This document shows positions 13,790 to 28,999 of a stretch of DNA of 64,000 bases, in pieces. The position numbers and the translations under genes were made by a program. The DNA lies in the NCBI RefSeq assembly GCF_009914755.1, contig NC_060942.1; one strand, given 5' to 3'. Source of the stretch: the human T2T-CHM13v2.0 reference genome, Homo sapiens. Each line of letters starts with the position of its first letter. Position 1 is the stretch's first letter. Under the pieces are notes generated by a model. It ran no database searches. It saw only the letters and a list, made by a program, of their open reading frames with translations, and was not told the origin of the DNA.

Positions 13790-15210
13790 TAATGCAGTTT
13801 CTCTACATCCTTGCCAGAATTTGATGTTGTCACAATTTTTTTCGTTTTAGCCATTTTATGTGGTGATGTCTCATTGTGCTTTAATTTGCACCTCCCAAAT
13901 GGCTAACAATGATGAATAGAATATCTATAATGATCATAAACATGCTTTTTTGCTAGCTGTGCAATATATTTTCATGGCGAAAGGTCTGCTCATGTCTTCT
14001 GTGCATTTTCTGCCTGGATTTTTCTTTTATTCTGTTGGGTTTGGGAAGTTCTTTTTATATAACTAAAATAACAGTCATTTGTCAGATTTGTGGTTTGCAA
14101 TATTTTCTCTCAGGTCCTATTTTCTCCCAACTTGTAACTTGCATTTTCATTATCTTACAATATTCTTTCAGAGAACAAGGTTTACATTTTTGAGGTCCAA
14201 CTTATCATTTTTAAATACATCTTGCCTTGGTGTTAGCACCTAAGAAAACAGAGCAGAAAAGTTTGGAATCCATCTTTACCTAAGCCTAGATCCAGAGGTT
14301 CTCAGCTATGATTTTTCCTCAACTTTTAATAGTTTTATATTTCACCTTTAAGTCCAGGATCCATTGTGAGTTAACTGTTGTATGAGGTATAATAAAGCTA
14401 GGTGAAAGTGGCTGATTGTTTGTTTTGCCTATGGATAACCTGTTGCTCCAGCACCATTTGTTGAAAAGCGAATCTTTTTTCTAATGAATTGCTTGTGCAC
14501 CTTGTGAAAAATCAGTTGCATGTATTTGTGTGTGTTTGTTCTGGCTTCTGTGTTCCGGTCCATTGACCTGCTCTCCACCCCTCTGTCAGTACCACGCTGT
14601 CTTTATCACAGCAGATGCACAGTAAGCCACAAGGAACGGTATTTCTCCAACCTTATTCTCCTTTTTCGAGATCATTTTAGTTATTCCTTGGCCTGTGCTT
14701 ATTCATAAAATATTTAGAATAAGTATATCTATTTTAGAATATTCCTTGCTGGAATTTTGAAAGGGATTACATGAACTATGTATCAGTTTGAGGAGACGAT
14801 CATTTCTTAGTAATTCAATTATTTGGCACAATCGTAGAAGATACTGTGTTTTGTATGTTGGTTTCTGCATGTCTTTGTTAGTGTATAGGACTACTAGTGG
14901 TTTTTATGGATTGATCTTCCATTTTGCAAACTCGATGAACTCACTTATTAGAGCTGGGGGTTTGTAGAGTGCTTGAAATTTTCTACATAGGCCAACTTAT
15001 CTGCAAATGCAGACAGTTATATTGTTCTTTCTACATCTGTGTGCCTTTTCTTTGTCTTGCCTTATTGCAGTAGCTACACCTTCCAGTACTATTTGAAAAA
15101 GAATGTTCATTGTATCTATTCTTTCCTTGTTTCCAATCTTAGGGAGAAAACATTCATGATTTTGCCGTTAAGCATGATGTTAGCTGTAGATTTTGCTTTT
15201 ATTTTGTTTT
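13790..15210 (-). mobile_element. Ancient L1M ORF2-region fragment
   Basis: Antisense L1 strings 'tctcattgtgctttaatttgca', 'ttgctccagcaccatttgttgaaaag', 'ttccttgtttccaatcttagggagaaa..ttaagcatgatgttagctgtag'. Confidence 0.88.
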
Positions 15211-15224
15211 CTTGTTTTCTTTAC

Positions 15225-16720
15225 TTTTAAATGAACTTTGTCTTTTAGAACAATTTTGGATTTGCAGAAACCTTATGAAGATAGTACAAAGACTTCCTGT
15301 GTATACCTCTCACAGTTTTCCCTATGATTGACATCTTACATGATTGCGTGACATGTGTTACAAATAAGAAACTCATATTGATACACGTTTATTAAACAAA
15401 GTTCACACTTTATTCCAATTTCTTTAGTTTCCCCCGATGTCCTATTTCTGACTGAGGAGCCTGTCCAGGACACCATGTGGCATCCAATCCTCAGGCCTCC
15501 CTGGGATCCTCCTGGCTGTGACAACTTCTCAGACCCTCCCTGTTTATGCTGACCTCACAGTCTTGAGGAGCACTCTCTTGGTATTTTGTAGAATGTCCCT
15601 CACTTTGGATTCGTCTGATGATTTTCTTACAATTAGACTGGGCTTGTGGTGTTTGGGGGAGAAGACCACATACATGAATGCTGTTCATATCACATCACGC
15701 CAAGGGCACTTTCCAGCCACGTAAGCGGTCAATGATGCTGCTGACCTCAGTGCCCTGCTGGGGCAACGCCTGTCAGGTGTCTCCATGGGAAAGTTATTTT
15801 TTTAAGCCTTCTCCATATCATTCTTTTCAGAAGGGATTTCTCCATGCACAGCCCACTCTTAAGGAATGGGAAGTTAATGCTCCAATTTTGAGGACGGAAT
15901 GTAATATCTGCATAAACTATTGGAATTCCCGTACACGGAAGATTTGCATTTTCTCCCCCCACCATTTACTTATTTTCTCAGTTTTTATGTCAGCTTTGGA
16001 CGGGTGGACACTTATTTGGTGATCTGTGTTATCATGCAGTGCTTACGTTCTTCATGCCTTGGCTGACAGGGCTCTACCCTTGGCTGTGGGAAGTTCGTTC
16101 AGTTCCCTCCTGTGTCTCTTCACATACCCACATCTTTTTTTTTTTTTCTAATTTTTTGAGCATTTCCTGACTTTTTTGGCACAACAATATGCTCCAGGCT
16201 CATTGTGACTATTTCCTGCTCCCTCAGTCCTAGGCTCAGGCCTGTCTCTGACAAGCTTAGGTTGCTTTTCTTGGAGCCTGGTCCTGGCAGCCACACTGGT
16301 CTCCAGCTGTGCTTACGGCTGCTTGGCTGGCCCTGCCTCGAGGCCCCTCTGCCGCCAGAGCAAGGAGAGCAAGGAGAGCTGTGGGTTCACCAAAGCCATA
16401 TGCATGCATGTCTGAGTGTGTGCATGCATGCGTATCTGAGTGCGTGCACGTGTGTCTGTGTGTATGTGTGTCTGAGTGTGTGCATGTGTGTCTGTGTGTG
16501 CATGCGTGTGTCTCAGTGTGAGCATGCATGTGTGTCTGAGTGTGTGCACGTGTCTGTGTGTGTGCACAGGTGTCTGTATTGTCTGCATCTGTATTTATTA
16601 TTGGAAACCATGAGTCCACGCCAATGTCTCCAAACCTGACCCATCGCCACGTGGGCCATCCCCGCCACCACTTCCGTGGCTTCTCTGTCACCCCTTTTCA
16701 CGTGGAGCCTGAAGTGCTTG
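15225..16720 (-). mobile_element. L1MC/L1MD-type 3' UTR
   Basis: 'gtcttgaggagcact..ggtattttgtagaatgtccctca', 'attagactggg..gggggagaagaccaca', 'ggcacaacaatatgctccaggctcat', 'aaaccatgagt'. Confidence 0.82.
16398..16580. repeat. Degenerate TG/TGCA repeat expanded inside the L1 3' UTR
   Basis: Recurrent 'tgtgtctgagtgtgtgcatg' units. Confidence 0.85.
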
Positions 16721-16799
16721 CCCCCTAATTCCTTGTTCGTTCTGAGTTAAATGTAGAAACTAAATTTAAATACGATTTGTTGTGGGCAAGCTGTCCGGC

Positions 16800-16910
16800 C
16801 TCACCCATTATGCTCTAGGCTCAGAGAAGACACCTCATTTATGAGTGTGTTTCCCCAGGACACAGCATATGTCTTGTACGTGAAAACATTCAGGAACGAA
16901 TGTTGACTAT
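16800..16910 (+). mobile_element. L2 3'-terminal fragment
   Basis: 'tgtgtttccccaggacacagcatatgtcttgtacgt..cattcaggaacgaatgttga' resembles the L2 terminus. Confidence 0.45.
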
Positions 16911-17399
16911 TTTAGATCACCAAAGGCTGCTGTGTGGCCAAGCACCATCACACTGCATCTTTCATTTTGTGTCCTCGTGTCATGGGAAGATAGGATTTTT
17001 CAGGGTGTAAAGGCTCTGCCACATGCACCAGGCTGTGGCCGAAAGAGAGGCTCCCTTTGGGAATGAAAACTGTGGCCGGAGGCAGGAGCTCTGGAAGCAG
17101 ACCTCTTGAGGGAAGGCATCAGGACAGAGCCAGTCCCCGACGAAGGCAGTAACTCTGCTAAGAGCCACAAGACAGCACCCGTGTGTGTCGCGCAGGTGCC
17201 TTTTCCATGAGAATTCCGGACTTAAACCATGGCCTTTGTTAGGCAGGATGGATGCTGCCTGGGTCAGGGCTTAGTGCTTAGGAGTCCAGGAAGCACTCGA
17301 GTCGTGCAGGAGTAGGAAAGACCAGCTGAGAGGCAAACCAGACTCCAGGACTCCTAAAGCTCTCCTAAAGCTCTCCTTCCACATTTTTTCCTCATCTCT

Positions 17400-17692
17400 T
17401 GTTAATTGTAGCCTAAAGCTGCCTAGTTACATATTTTAGGTTCGGCCTAAGGGTTCCTCTGTACATAGTGAACTGCCCCTTAGATGGATCTGTGAACAGA
17501 GGTGACTTACTCCACACCAATCATAGAGTTGCAGCCAATCACAGGCAACCATGGGTTCCAACCCTGCTGAAGTGGGTTGAAAGCTAGGCGGGAGCCAAGC
17601 CCGCTGTTTCTGGGCCTCACCTTCCTTGCAAGTCCTTCTTTGCCCAATTAAGCTCTATTAAATTTAATGTGTCTTAGGTTTTCCCTTTAATG
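17400..17692 (+). mobile_element. MER57-family (ERV1) solo LTR with internal deletion
   Basis: 'tagcctaaagctgcc..ttacatattttaggttcggcctaagggtt..tctgtacatagtgaactg', two CCAAT boxes, ends 'ttaaatttaat..gttttccctttaa'; 4-bp TSD CTCT on both sides. Confidence 0.88.
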
Positions 17693-20600
17693 CTCTTCAT
17701 CTTTTTTCTCCTTCTCTTTTATTTCATTTTCCAGTTCTTGTCAGATAATGACTTTATTGCATCGAAAGATGCATTTAGTACTACAACCGTGGTTTATTCC
17801 CTTCCAGAGAAAGCATGATCCATAAAAAACTTGATTTTTAGAAATTTGGGGAGAAGTGACCAGCCCTCACCTCCATTCTTCATTTTTTTTGCATTTTAAA
17901 ATAAAAAATAAGAAAGGCCGCAGTAGAAATTAGAAGAAAATGTTGACAATAGTACTGCCCTTAAATGAATGACTTCTGGTTCTGTGTATAAACATTCTGA
18001 GGTTCATTTAATTACAAAGCATTAATTTGTGGAAGAAACGGAAGGAATTAAATTATATACTCCCCAGTATATACTAGCTCCGCTTGGTGTAGATGATTGA
18101 TTAAATTTTCTACATTTATCATTTGTAGTTGGAATTTCTCATAAGATTATGTTGATTTTCTAAAGATCCCAATGGTCATCACTATATGTTCTGTTGCATG
18201 AAAACTATGACCCTTAAGATCAATTGTGATTTGCAGTAAAACAAAGTTCCTGTAATAAAGTCTGTTAGGAGTTTCTAGCTTTGCTCTGGCTCTGGCCCTG
18301 TGCTGACTTTGTCCTCAAGCTACTCTCACGGAGTTGTGAGATGCCCTGACGTTTTTCAGGCCTCACACAACAACCCCACCCATTTCCTTCTGCAGAGCCC
18401 CCCCAGAAGCCTCAGGCTGTCTCCTTCGGGCCTCACTGGCCGTGACTGCACGGCATGCCAGCAATGGACAGGAGCTTGGCCTGACCTTCCAGGACCCGCC
18501 AGTGGAGATGGGGTCATCCTCATGGACACCTTGAAGCTGCAAGTGGAGGGTGGGCCCAGACAACATCAGGACCCTCTAAGAAGGAAGCAGGGACATGGGT
18601 GTTGGCCGGACACCAACAGTTTGTGTTATAAATATCTCCCCAAATGCAAAAGAGAATGGAGACTAATGCTGTAAAGTGCAGGGCACCTGCTGACACTTTG
18701 GGGCCATCCATGTTCACTCTCCAGGTGCAGCGGCAACACGGCCTCTCCTCCTCCAGTGTCAGTGGGGACAGGAACAGGCCAACAAGGAGACGCGGCCCTG
18801 GGCTGTGGCTCTGCTCCTGACACAGCTTCCCCTGCGGGCCCCTGCGGGCTCCTGTGGGCTGCCAGGAAGCTTCTTCTCTGGGAATGAGGCAGTCGCATCT
18901 CTGTCTTTCAGCTCCTGCACTGGGAGACAATGGAGTCAAAAACCTTAACTCAAACTTGAGGTCAAAGTCTGTGCTCCAGTCCAACTGATGAACATTGGCA
19001 GCAGAATCAGCTTGAACAGATCTGGGGGAATCCGAGCCAAAGCCCCCACACCTGAGTGTTCAATGGCTCGCAGAGAGAGCACACAGCATTCACGGCTCCA
19101 GGGCCGCCTGAACATTTGTGGATAACATCTGTGGGCTACACAGCCCAGGACTCCTCCTTCCTTTTTCTTTCTAGGGACAGTCCCTGCTGGCTTCTTTTGA
19201 GGCACTGCTCCATCTCAGTAACTTGAGATTGGTGTTGGCACCAAGGCTAGCAGGTGATCCTGTCCCCACTGGGCCAGGAGGTGGGCACAGGACCGAGCCC
19301 TGGGTGTCACGGTCACTTGGATCCATGGGTGTGGAGGTGTGTCAGCATGGACAAGTCACTAAAACGGGGCCTTTCTTTATTCATCAAAATCTTCTCTTTT
19401 CTCTGAGGTTGTTGTCTGGGAAGGAAAGACTGTCAAGAGGTGGATATAGCAGTAAAGCATCATTTCTTCCCCACGTGGAGGGAGGCTGCCTGCCTGGGGA
19501 AGGGGGCGGCCAATGTACAAGAAGAATAGGGGGAAGCAGAGGCAGAAACATGAGCACAGCATTGGTGCAGCAGACGGCGGCCCCAAGAGCCTGGCCTCTC
19601 CCGCTCCCATGCTCAGTTCCAGTGACCACTACATGGCCTTTGTTTTTTCATTCGTTCGAGCTAATTTGAGTTTTTGTTTGTTTGTTTTCTTTATAACAAG
19701 CCAGAGTCTCCTATGCTGTCAGTTTTATAGAAAGAATGCTAATGGCAGATGGAAAAATGAAAATATCTGTAACAGATGCTAAAACCTAAATGTCTCCCCG
19801 TATAGAGGTGTGGAAGACATTGGTAGATGGGGTGACCCACTAGGCACATTTGTCTGGGACATCACCAGTTTTAAAACCAAAAGACCTGTGTCCTGAGAAC
19901 TCCTTTATTCCCAGACAAACCACACTGTTGCTCACCGGGGAAGTACAATAAAAACAAGGCTTTCAAGCTGATAAAGGCTTCTTTCCCACTCATAGAGGAA
20001 ATTCTTTAAAGTATCCCCAAAATTGCTTTCCTGAGGTGTTCCTCTTGGTTAACCGTCTAGTGATTGGGGACCTTTGAAAACACTCAGGATTGAAGATAAT
20101 GGTCTTTTCTCACTATTGGTGATGTAATCAGTGTTCTGAAAATAAAATACTATTTTAGCTAGAGCGTTATAGAAGTCAGTAGAATATTCAGAATTTCATT
20201 TGCATTTCTGATCATCAAGGTGACCACCACTGCCAGCATGTGCAGGGTACCTGCATTGTGTCTCTTGGCCACAGCGGGTCCTTCTGCAGGTGGAGCTGTG
20301 GTCTTTGCAGTTGGGCGCAGCTAGCATGGCAGGTACATGAGCATTTGGAAGAGCAGTCAGGACCCATGTGCTCAGCACATGTGTTTTCTTGGGCAGTTGG
20401 CAGAAACCATAAGTCTTTTCCCAACTTTTATGTTTGGGAAGAGAGAGAAAGAAGCCAAATTTGCTATACGTTTGATGTTATTAAGGTTGTCATTTGAATA
20501 AGTTTTTAAAAAATGTATAACATAATAACTGGATTGATACAAGCATGCTGAAAGATAAACTAATAACTGAACATATCCGTTAATTTTTTTGGTATTTGTA

Positions 20601-21451
20601 GTGAAAACATAATTGTAATTGAAAACAACATTACTGAAGAAGGAAAAATGATTTTTATGCCTCAAGCAAAACACACACATATACACAAAAAATTAAAGAC
20701 TTAAGCTTTTTTTTTCTTTCCAAGAACATCTGGTTTACAGTATGCTAAAAGCAAATTTGGATTAACCTAGAAATTAAGTGTGTGTCATATACAAGCCATT
20801 GATTAAACCATATTAAAATATTTAGACCTCATGGAAAGGTATAAAACTCTCCACCATGTACAGATTTTTATTTTTTGTAAGGAAAGTAAACAAAACTATT
20901 TCAATGAATCCTGTGTCAAAAAAATTAAAATAAATCTGTGTGATGTCATCTGCGTCTGCCAACCTGCCCTTCCAAAGAGACGCAAGATGGAAGCTTTCAG
21001 TGCTTGTCCTGACCACCCAGCAACAGGTCTTTAAGCCTGAGGACAGTCATTCCTTACACTTTTATTCTCCAATTTCTTTGCTTTGTGTAGGACTTTACGG
21101 GCATCTATGTTCATTCTTAAAATATTTCGTACTAATATAAAAATCGTGGACCTGAGTCCAAGCCACAAACCCTGAAGCAAGAATTTGGTCCTGATCTTGA
21201 GTCTTCTTTCACCTGCAGAGCCCTTCTCGGACTCTCAGGACCATAGGCTGTCCAGGCACTCCTGATTCTGAAGCCACGGGAAGTCCCAATTTCAGCCATT
21301 GTTGGTGAGAACCAATCCCTCTTTAAGAGCTGCCCATAAGGGCAACCTGTCCCAAGAGGCTTCCGATAGCATCTGCGTCCTCTTCTGCATGTTGTCACCC
21401 ACGAAGGAGGCCTGCGTGGCACAGAGCCCACAGTGCCATATTTCTGAAGCA

Positions 21452-21507
21452 GTGGAAGGAATTGCTCTGGGTGACGCCGGTGGAAGGAATTGCTCTCCGC
21501 TGACCCT
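21452..21507. repeat. 28-bp tandem duplication (2 copies)
   Basis: 'gtggaaggaattgctct..g.tgac' at 21452 and 21480. Confidence 0.8.
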
Positions 21508-22755
21508 AGCAATGGATGCTGAGCCAGGAGCAAGTGAGAACAAGGTCCCACGAGATCAGCCGGAGGGCATGGGGAATAAGCTTCTGTCCCTTCAAGGAGG
21601 CCAAGTAAGATAAGTTTCTAGTTCTGTCACATTCACAGACATCTAGTTCATGACACAGAGCCTTGCTTTTTCCACCAGGAATAAAATACCCCGATCAGCA
21701 GCTTGTGATAAGTTCTTCCCACCTGCTCCCTCCAGCATCCCAGGAGAGAACGTTAACTACACACCTTGTTTAATGCAAAGTCTTATAATATCCATGTGTC
21801 TTAGAAAATAAAATTGTAGAGACCAAGAAGTGCAAATAATCAAATTATTTAATAGGAAATTTGTGTTAGGACCCAGGACCTAACTACGAAAGCAGTTTTA
21901 CGTCTAAAACACAGAGATGTTTTGTTACTCAAGCTATACGGCATGTTGCCTTTCCCTGACAAGGCAGTGTGCCTGAGAATGGATGGGATATAATTATTTT
22001 TTTTAATTCCAGAAAATTTGCTTGATGTTCATAAATAATCGATTCAATCACTTTAGCAAAAGGGAAATGTTAAAATGATGGAAAATTCTGTTCACCTAGA
22101 CTTGTCTGCAGTCTTTAAATCATTCTCCACTCCATCCCTCTTGCTGACATTCGGAGATGATTTCAATTAAGGGCCTTTGACAAAGTACTATAGTCATTTA
22201 AAAGATGGCTTTAAAGAGTTCAGAAATCCCAATAGTTCTCCATATCAAGAGGGTGCACTATAAAATTGTAAATGAGTGCATGCACTGGCTGGGGTTATAA
22301 AGTGTCGTTGTTTTTCTGGTTTGACATTTCATGGATTCCAAGTGGGCCTAGCTTAGTGGTGCAACATAAATCACGGAACGGATCTGGATATTGTAAAACT
22401 TGAATATAGAAGCATTTTAGAGGCTGTGAAGTTAACAGTAATCAGTAAGTATTCTAATAGTATGAGTTACTGCTAACATTATAATTATAGAGTAAAATAA
22501 TAATTTTTATAGGCAAGGAGCACTGAAAACTAATGGTCAGGATGATTATAATAGCTATGAATTAATAGATCAGTTGAAATTGTGATGACTATTTTAATAA
22601 TGAGACTGAAATATCGTTTGTGTTAAAACAGTGAGTCTAAGAGCATAATCAACCCTCTTTTGTCAGGAAGAAACAATTCCTTTTAACTCCAAGGTCACCA
22701 GAATGATCCTAGAGTTGTATTGTGGTTACTCTTTCTCCTTGGAAATGATTCTTCC

Positions 22756-22961
22756 GTTCTCCTTTGCTCTGTAGAGTCCTATTCCTCTACCTCATCAGGT
22801 AGGTCTGTGTGTGTGAGAATGTTTGTTCTCCTTTGCCCTGTAGAGTCCTATTCGTCTACCTTGTCGTGTAGGTTTGTGTGTGGGCGAGTATTTGTTCTCC
22901 TTTGCCCTGTAGAGTCCTATTCCTCTACCTCGTCGTGTAGGTTTCCGTGTGGGGGAATGTT
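22756..22961. repeat. Minisatellite, 69-bp unit x3
   Basis: Units 'gttctcctttgc(t/c)ctgtagagtcctattc..' start at 22756, 22825 and 22894. Confidence 0.95.
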
Positions 22962-24539
22962 GCTCCCATATCAGAACAGAAGCACCTTGCAGGGGGAAGG
23001 CTTGTTTCCTTAAGGTCTCCGTATCCTAAATTACCACAAAGGTGCTGAAAATCAGCAATCAAGGCTTGAGTTGCATGAACTGAGCTAGTTACACTGCATT
23101 ACAGTGACTCTGCAGACACCACTGGACACAGCAAAGGGCCAGAAGACAGCAAGCCTTGGCCATAGCCGCTGTCATCATTCACTCCCCACCTCCTAGGAGA
23201 AGGAAGATGGAAACAAGTCAATGAGTTCATAAAACAGAAACCCAGGAGTCATTGCATCACTCCTTATGGCTCAGTGGCTCAGATTCACTTTATAAAAACA
23301 TACTAATTTCAATTTCACATGGTATGATTCAAAGAGTCAGAAATTCATCGTCTATCAAGTGGTCTGAATGTTATCCTGCAGAATTTTCTCTGAAGATGAA
23401 CTGGTTCATCCCTAGGGCTGTGCAATAGTGTCTCAATATCCAATCACTCCCCACTATGTGAATTAGGCCATATGTTCTTCACCGGAACATTTGAAGAACT
23501 CTTGTTGAGATTGTGCAGTTTTAGACACTGGGTCATCAAGATAAAAGACACAGAAGCTCTGAGAACACACAACTTATTTTCACTTGTCCAAAATAATCAT
23601 CGGCTAGTAAGCTTTTATTCATTCATTTTTTAAATTGTCATTGAAAAATGTATCAACTTAGTTTTAGAGGAAAATCAGTCATGTTTGTTAAATTGATCAT
23701 CTACTTGAAAACTGTCTTTCTGGAAAGAAGAAAAGATGTTGCTCTCTGTGCCTGCATCCTTTGGTGAGGCCTGGAGATGACCTGGGAAAAACACTTGGTG
23801 ACTGGGCTTCTCCAACCTGGCAGGAAGCGGAGAGAAGACACTCGTGGTGTGGGGGCACTGAGGCTCATCGGGAACTGGAGTGCCCGTATCCATCACGCTG
23901 GCACCTGTGGATGAGGAGGGAGCGATTGGGTGGAGAGCAGCAGGGTCTGACTGTACCAAGCTCACAGCCTCGTCGCAGGCCTTGGTGCCCACACGATGGC
24001 AGGTGGGCGGCAGCTGCTGACCCACTGTCTTCTTCAGATGGAAGCTGTGTCCGCCCTGCGAGGAACTCGAGTCCCTGAGGTGACCGTAGGGCTTGCTGTC
24101 CTTCCCACAGTGGACATCAGCCTTCCCAGAAACTCGGGCCACAGACAGGATGCATCATACAAGGGTGCACTCAGGGAGAGAAAAGAATAAAGCATGAAGT
24201 GTGTGACCGGGTCCTCCCACCCTTGCAATTCCTCTGCAGTGATCGTCTTCACAAACTCTGTAAAAATAAGCACACATGTGCCTTCATGTTCTGAATGTTT
24301 CCTTCACTTCCTGTCTGTCAATCGGACCTCTTCAAAAACGCCTCTGCCCCCCTCCCTCCTTCCTCATCTGGATTTGCCATCCGGTTTCTTTTCTTCACAT
24401 TCCTCAAATAGCACAAGGCCACCTTCTGAAGGGCACTGAAGTATGTGTTTTACATCAAAGCTCACGGCGCCCACTCGGTTTGGAACTTCCTTCTTTGTTC
24501 CACTTGTGGTCCCGGAGTCATTCGATTGCTCAAAGAGTC

Positions 24540-24700
24540 ATACAATCATAAAGCTCACAGGAAATCTGTGACATTCCACTCAGACCCTCATTTCACAGAT
24601 CTCTTAAACTCCATGACTTGCTCAGAGCCACATAGCTGCGGAAGGGGAGGTGAGGACCCAGACCAGGGGCCCCTACTCTTCTCCAGGCCTCTCCCCTGCA
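24540..24700 (-). mobile_element. MIR
   Basis: Antisense MIR core 'cctcatttcacagat..tgacttgctcagagccacatagct'. Confidence 0.65.
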
Positions 24701-25505
24701 CCGCGAGAAGAGACTGACCTAGTAGTGTCTACTAAGGCTCCAACACCACTCACCACCAGTCAGAACGGGAGCAGAGCAGAGCTACCCTTTTGCCTCCACC
24801 TTATTAAAGGTAGTAGAAAATAAAAGGTCTCCAGGACTCAGAAGTACTGTTAATGCCACACCAATAGAGCAAATGCAAAACTATTAGATTTATACTGAAG
24901 CTGTGCTTTGGCTCGGATGTGATTCACTTGCTTGCCTTTGGGCAAACAGGCTGCTAATATCCTCCTAATCTCTAACAGGCGTCCTACATTGTTCTACAGG
25001 GAGTAGTCGTCTGATTTTCAGCATTGTAATGAATTTCTCCAAATATGGTTTAGTGTCAAAGAAAATTCCAGCTTTACTTTTTTAGAACAGGAGAGTTGAT
25101 ATGACACAAACTCAGAGACAAAGAGTTTATGCTCATGGACCTGCCTGTCTGTACTGTACCATTTTCCCGTAGCTTTTAACTGATATCAAAACTGAACGTG
25201 AGGCATGACTTAGAAACCACAGGGGGCAAGGACAAAGGTCTACTGTGCATATACACATCTCACACCAGTATTCCCAGCATGGCCAGCATTGCTCTGATCT
25301 TGAATTAATATATCACATTGAAAGGAAGAGTGTGATAACACTATAAGTGTAATTTTACCACAAGATGGGCTGATGTGACGAATGTTTTCAAAAGACACCC
25401 CTGTATGAAAGTATCTGTGCTACTATATCCTTGGTGGCATTGTTCTTGCCCTGATTTGGCATATTTGGGACAAAGGTGTAAGGTATTTTTCAGACAGCTA
25501 CAAGT

Positions 25506-25803
<298 letters not shown>

Positions 25804-26584
25804 AGACAGCTATAAGTGTAATCAGTTCACACAATGGAAAAGGTATCAGCTGGAGATGATAAAACACATGAAGATAGGGTTATCTAAATATTAAAATATT
25901 AAAAGTTTAAAAACATTTATTTGGATGTATGTTCTTAGGGTACCTTTTCAGTATCTTTTAATCTTAAAAGTATTGCTTTAAATTTGAACCCTCCTATTCC
26001 CACCCAGGTGAACTATTTCCTTCCCACTTCCCTGAAGCATCATGTAGAAACATATTATATATTATTAATGACATAAACTTTATAAAATAATTTCAGATTA
26101 ACAGGGAAGATAAAGATTAATTTAATAGATATTCCTTATGTTCTTATTTAAAAATAATGAATGGTTGATATTTTGAAAGAATGAAATAATTTGCCTGTGG
26201 TCACTAATGAAGTTAGATAATACATATATAATAATGCCTTTTACAGTTTACACTGAAAGAAATAAATGTGCTTTGAAAAGTAAAGTTTGATACAGACAGG
26301 CAGAGATAGAAGCCTGGTGTCTAGGTGAGAGATGGACTTAGACCAGCTGCAAACTTGGAGAACTCTGAAAATAAATTCTAAAGTTTTATTTTTTCTCATA
26401 AGAATGAACTGCAGCTGTATTTTCAGTCGCACGGATTCTCTCCTGTTTCATTGATAAAAATGAGAAATGCAGCACTCTTGGCACCACAAAACCTTCTTCA
26501 ACCTTGATACCGTTGTGTGGGTGAAGTCATCTCTATTTATTTATGCTTTGCCGTGTTCCACAGGATGCATGAGAAAGCACAGAC

Positions 26585-26745
26585 TTTAAATCATTGCCTT
26601 CAACACCCTCATTTTATAGCCAGGAAACAGACAAATGCAGGAGCAAAAATGGATAAGGGTTGGATGACTTAGTGGCAAAGTCAGATATAGCCAAGGGAAT
26701 CTGATGTTAAGTTTGCTATTTATTCCACTTTTCCAGGCTGCCTTA
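26585..26745 (-). mobile_element. MIR
   Basis: 'accctcattttatag..ggaaacaga', 'ttagtggcaaagtcaga', ending 'caggctgcct'. Confidence 0.55.
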
Positions 26746-28249
26746 ATTATATCACAGTAAGAGAAAAGAGGAAGTTTTTCCTTCAATGATGTTTTTCTGA
26801 GAAAAATGGGAGAGTTATACACTATTAAGCAGGATGTAATGAAATGAATGTTTGAAAAATGGGCAGCATGTTTAAATGACTCTTTGACCAGAGAATCCTG
26901 ACTTTCTCTATCAAATGGTTTGTTGGGCAACAATTGGTCCAAATATTTCAGGTGCTATAAACACCATCATAAATTTAGTTAATTCAAGTATCATGAACAT
27001 CATCTCACCATCATTTGCTGGGTGGCTTTTTGATGAGTTTTCTATGGGCTGTGATGATTTGCTGCTGCACTGTGATGTTTATGGGCTCAATAAAGGGAAG
27101 GTTCTAAAAAGATTATAGGCACTGAAAAAGGAAATATAACCTTTTCTTTGGGAGAATGGAGCAAAACCGACCAAACATTTTTGGAATTCCTTGCCTGCCA
27201 TGAAGAGGTGATGGTTCCCCATTGACATCCTTAGTTGTTTTATATCCTCAACAAAAGTCTTCAAGGGGCAGAATAAAAGTTCCAGATTAGAAGACAAACT
27301 CTGTTCTGTTTTCAGCAGGAAGCTGATACATCTTGTCAGTTTGAGATCCATGAAGAAGAGTCCTTCATTGAGTAGATACAGAATTCTAACCAGTATATTT
27401 TGAATTGACCGGGTGTCTCTGCAACCATCTAGCTCCAGAAAGCACCAATATCCTCTCTATTTTTAAACTCCTCTCTGGATCATGAACATATGTATAGGGA
27501 TTACAAAGAAGTGTTGTTTAGAATTTGATTGGTTCTAATTATGCAGACTGTAGAAGTCGAGTAGGGATTTGAGGATGTTTAGACCCACATGGTAACTCCC
27601 AAGCTTAGAAAAATATAACGATCATGACTGACTTTGGTGTTTGGGAACTATTCTTCTTGGACTTCATGAGGATAAAAAGAAGAAAATTTAAGAATTGAAT
27701 TGTGTCAATGTTCGGGGCTGAATATTTCAGTTTTGGTTTGTTTTTAAAGAGTTTTGCGGTTGAACTCCACCCTGGTTTCTCATCATAAATTATCTCCCAA
27801 TGTGTGGAATGCGATGAAAGATCACAGGTGATAGATTTTCCTTGTACCTGGCTGATGAAGGCTCTCCATTTGCATGGCTCTCTCCTCAATGACTTTCATG
27901 TGCTCTGCTCCAAGGCTGCAATTTCAGCTTTCTCCCTCCAGCAGCCATACTGGCTGCTGAGTCCACATGCGGCTCAGGGCTGTTTCTTGTTCCCAATTCT
28001 TGTGCGCTCGTGTACTAATTTTTCAACTTGATGTCAATGCTCTCCCCAGAGATATCTGGAATATTTTCAAGATTTTTAAATCAATTTGTGTTTCTAGCAT
28101 TGATTGATTAAGTGGTTTGTTTAAACAACACATTGCAAATTTTATTCTCCACCAGAACACTTAGGAAAGGAATGTCCTCCTAAAATCAGTATACAAAGAT
28201 TTGGTTTTGTTTATGTTTAGCTAAATCAGAAAGTTTAAAAAGTATTAAT

Positions 28250-28961
<712 letters not shown>

Positions 28962-28999
28962 TTAAGAAAAGTCTATTTTTAAAAGAACACTGACTTGAG

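Noticed and set aside
20215-20424. Peptide CAEHMGPDCSSKCSC resembling an EGF/MEGF-type repeat
   Set aside because: Only one partial motif; cysteine spacing fails afterwards, with no clear exon boundaries or neighbouring similar exons. A tBLASTn or conservation check would settle it.
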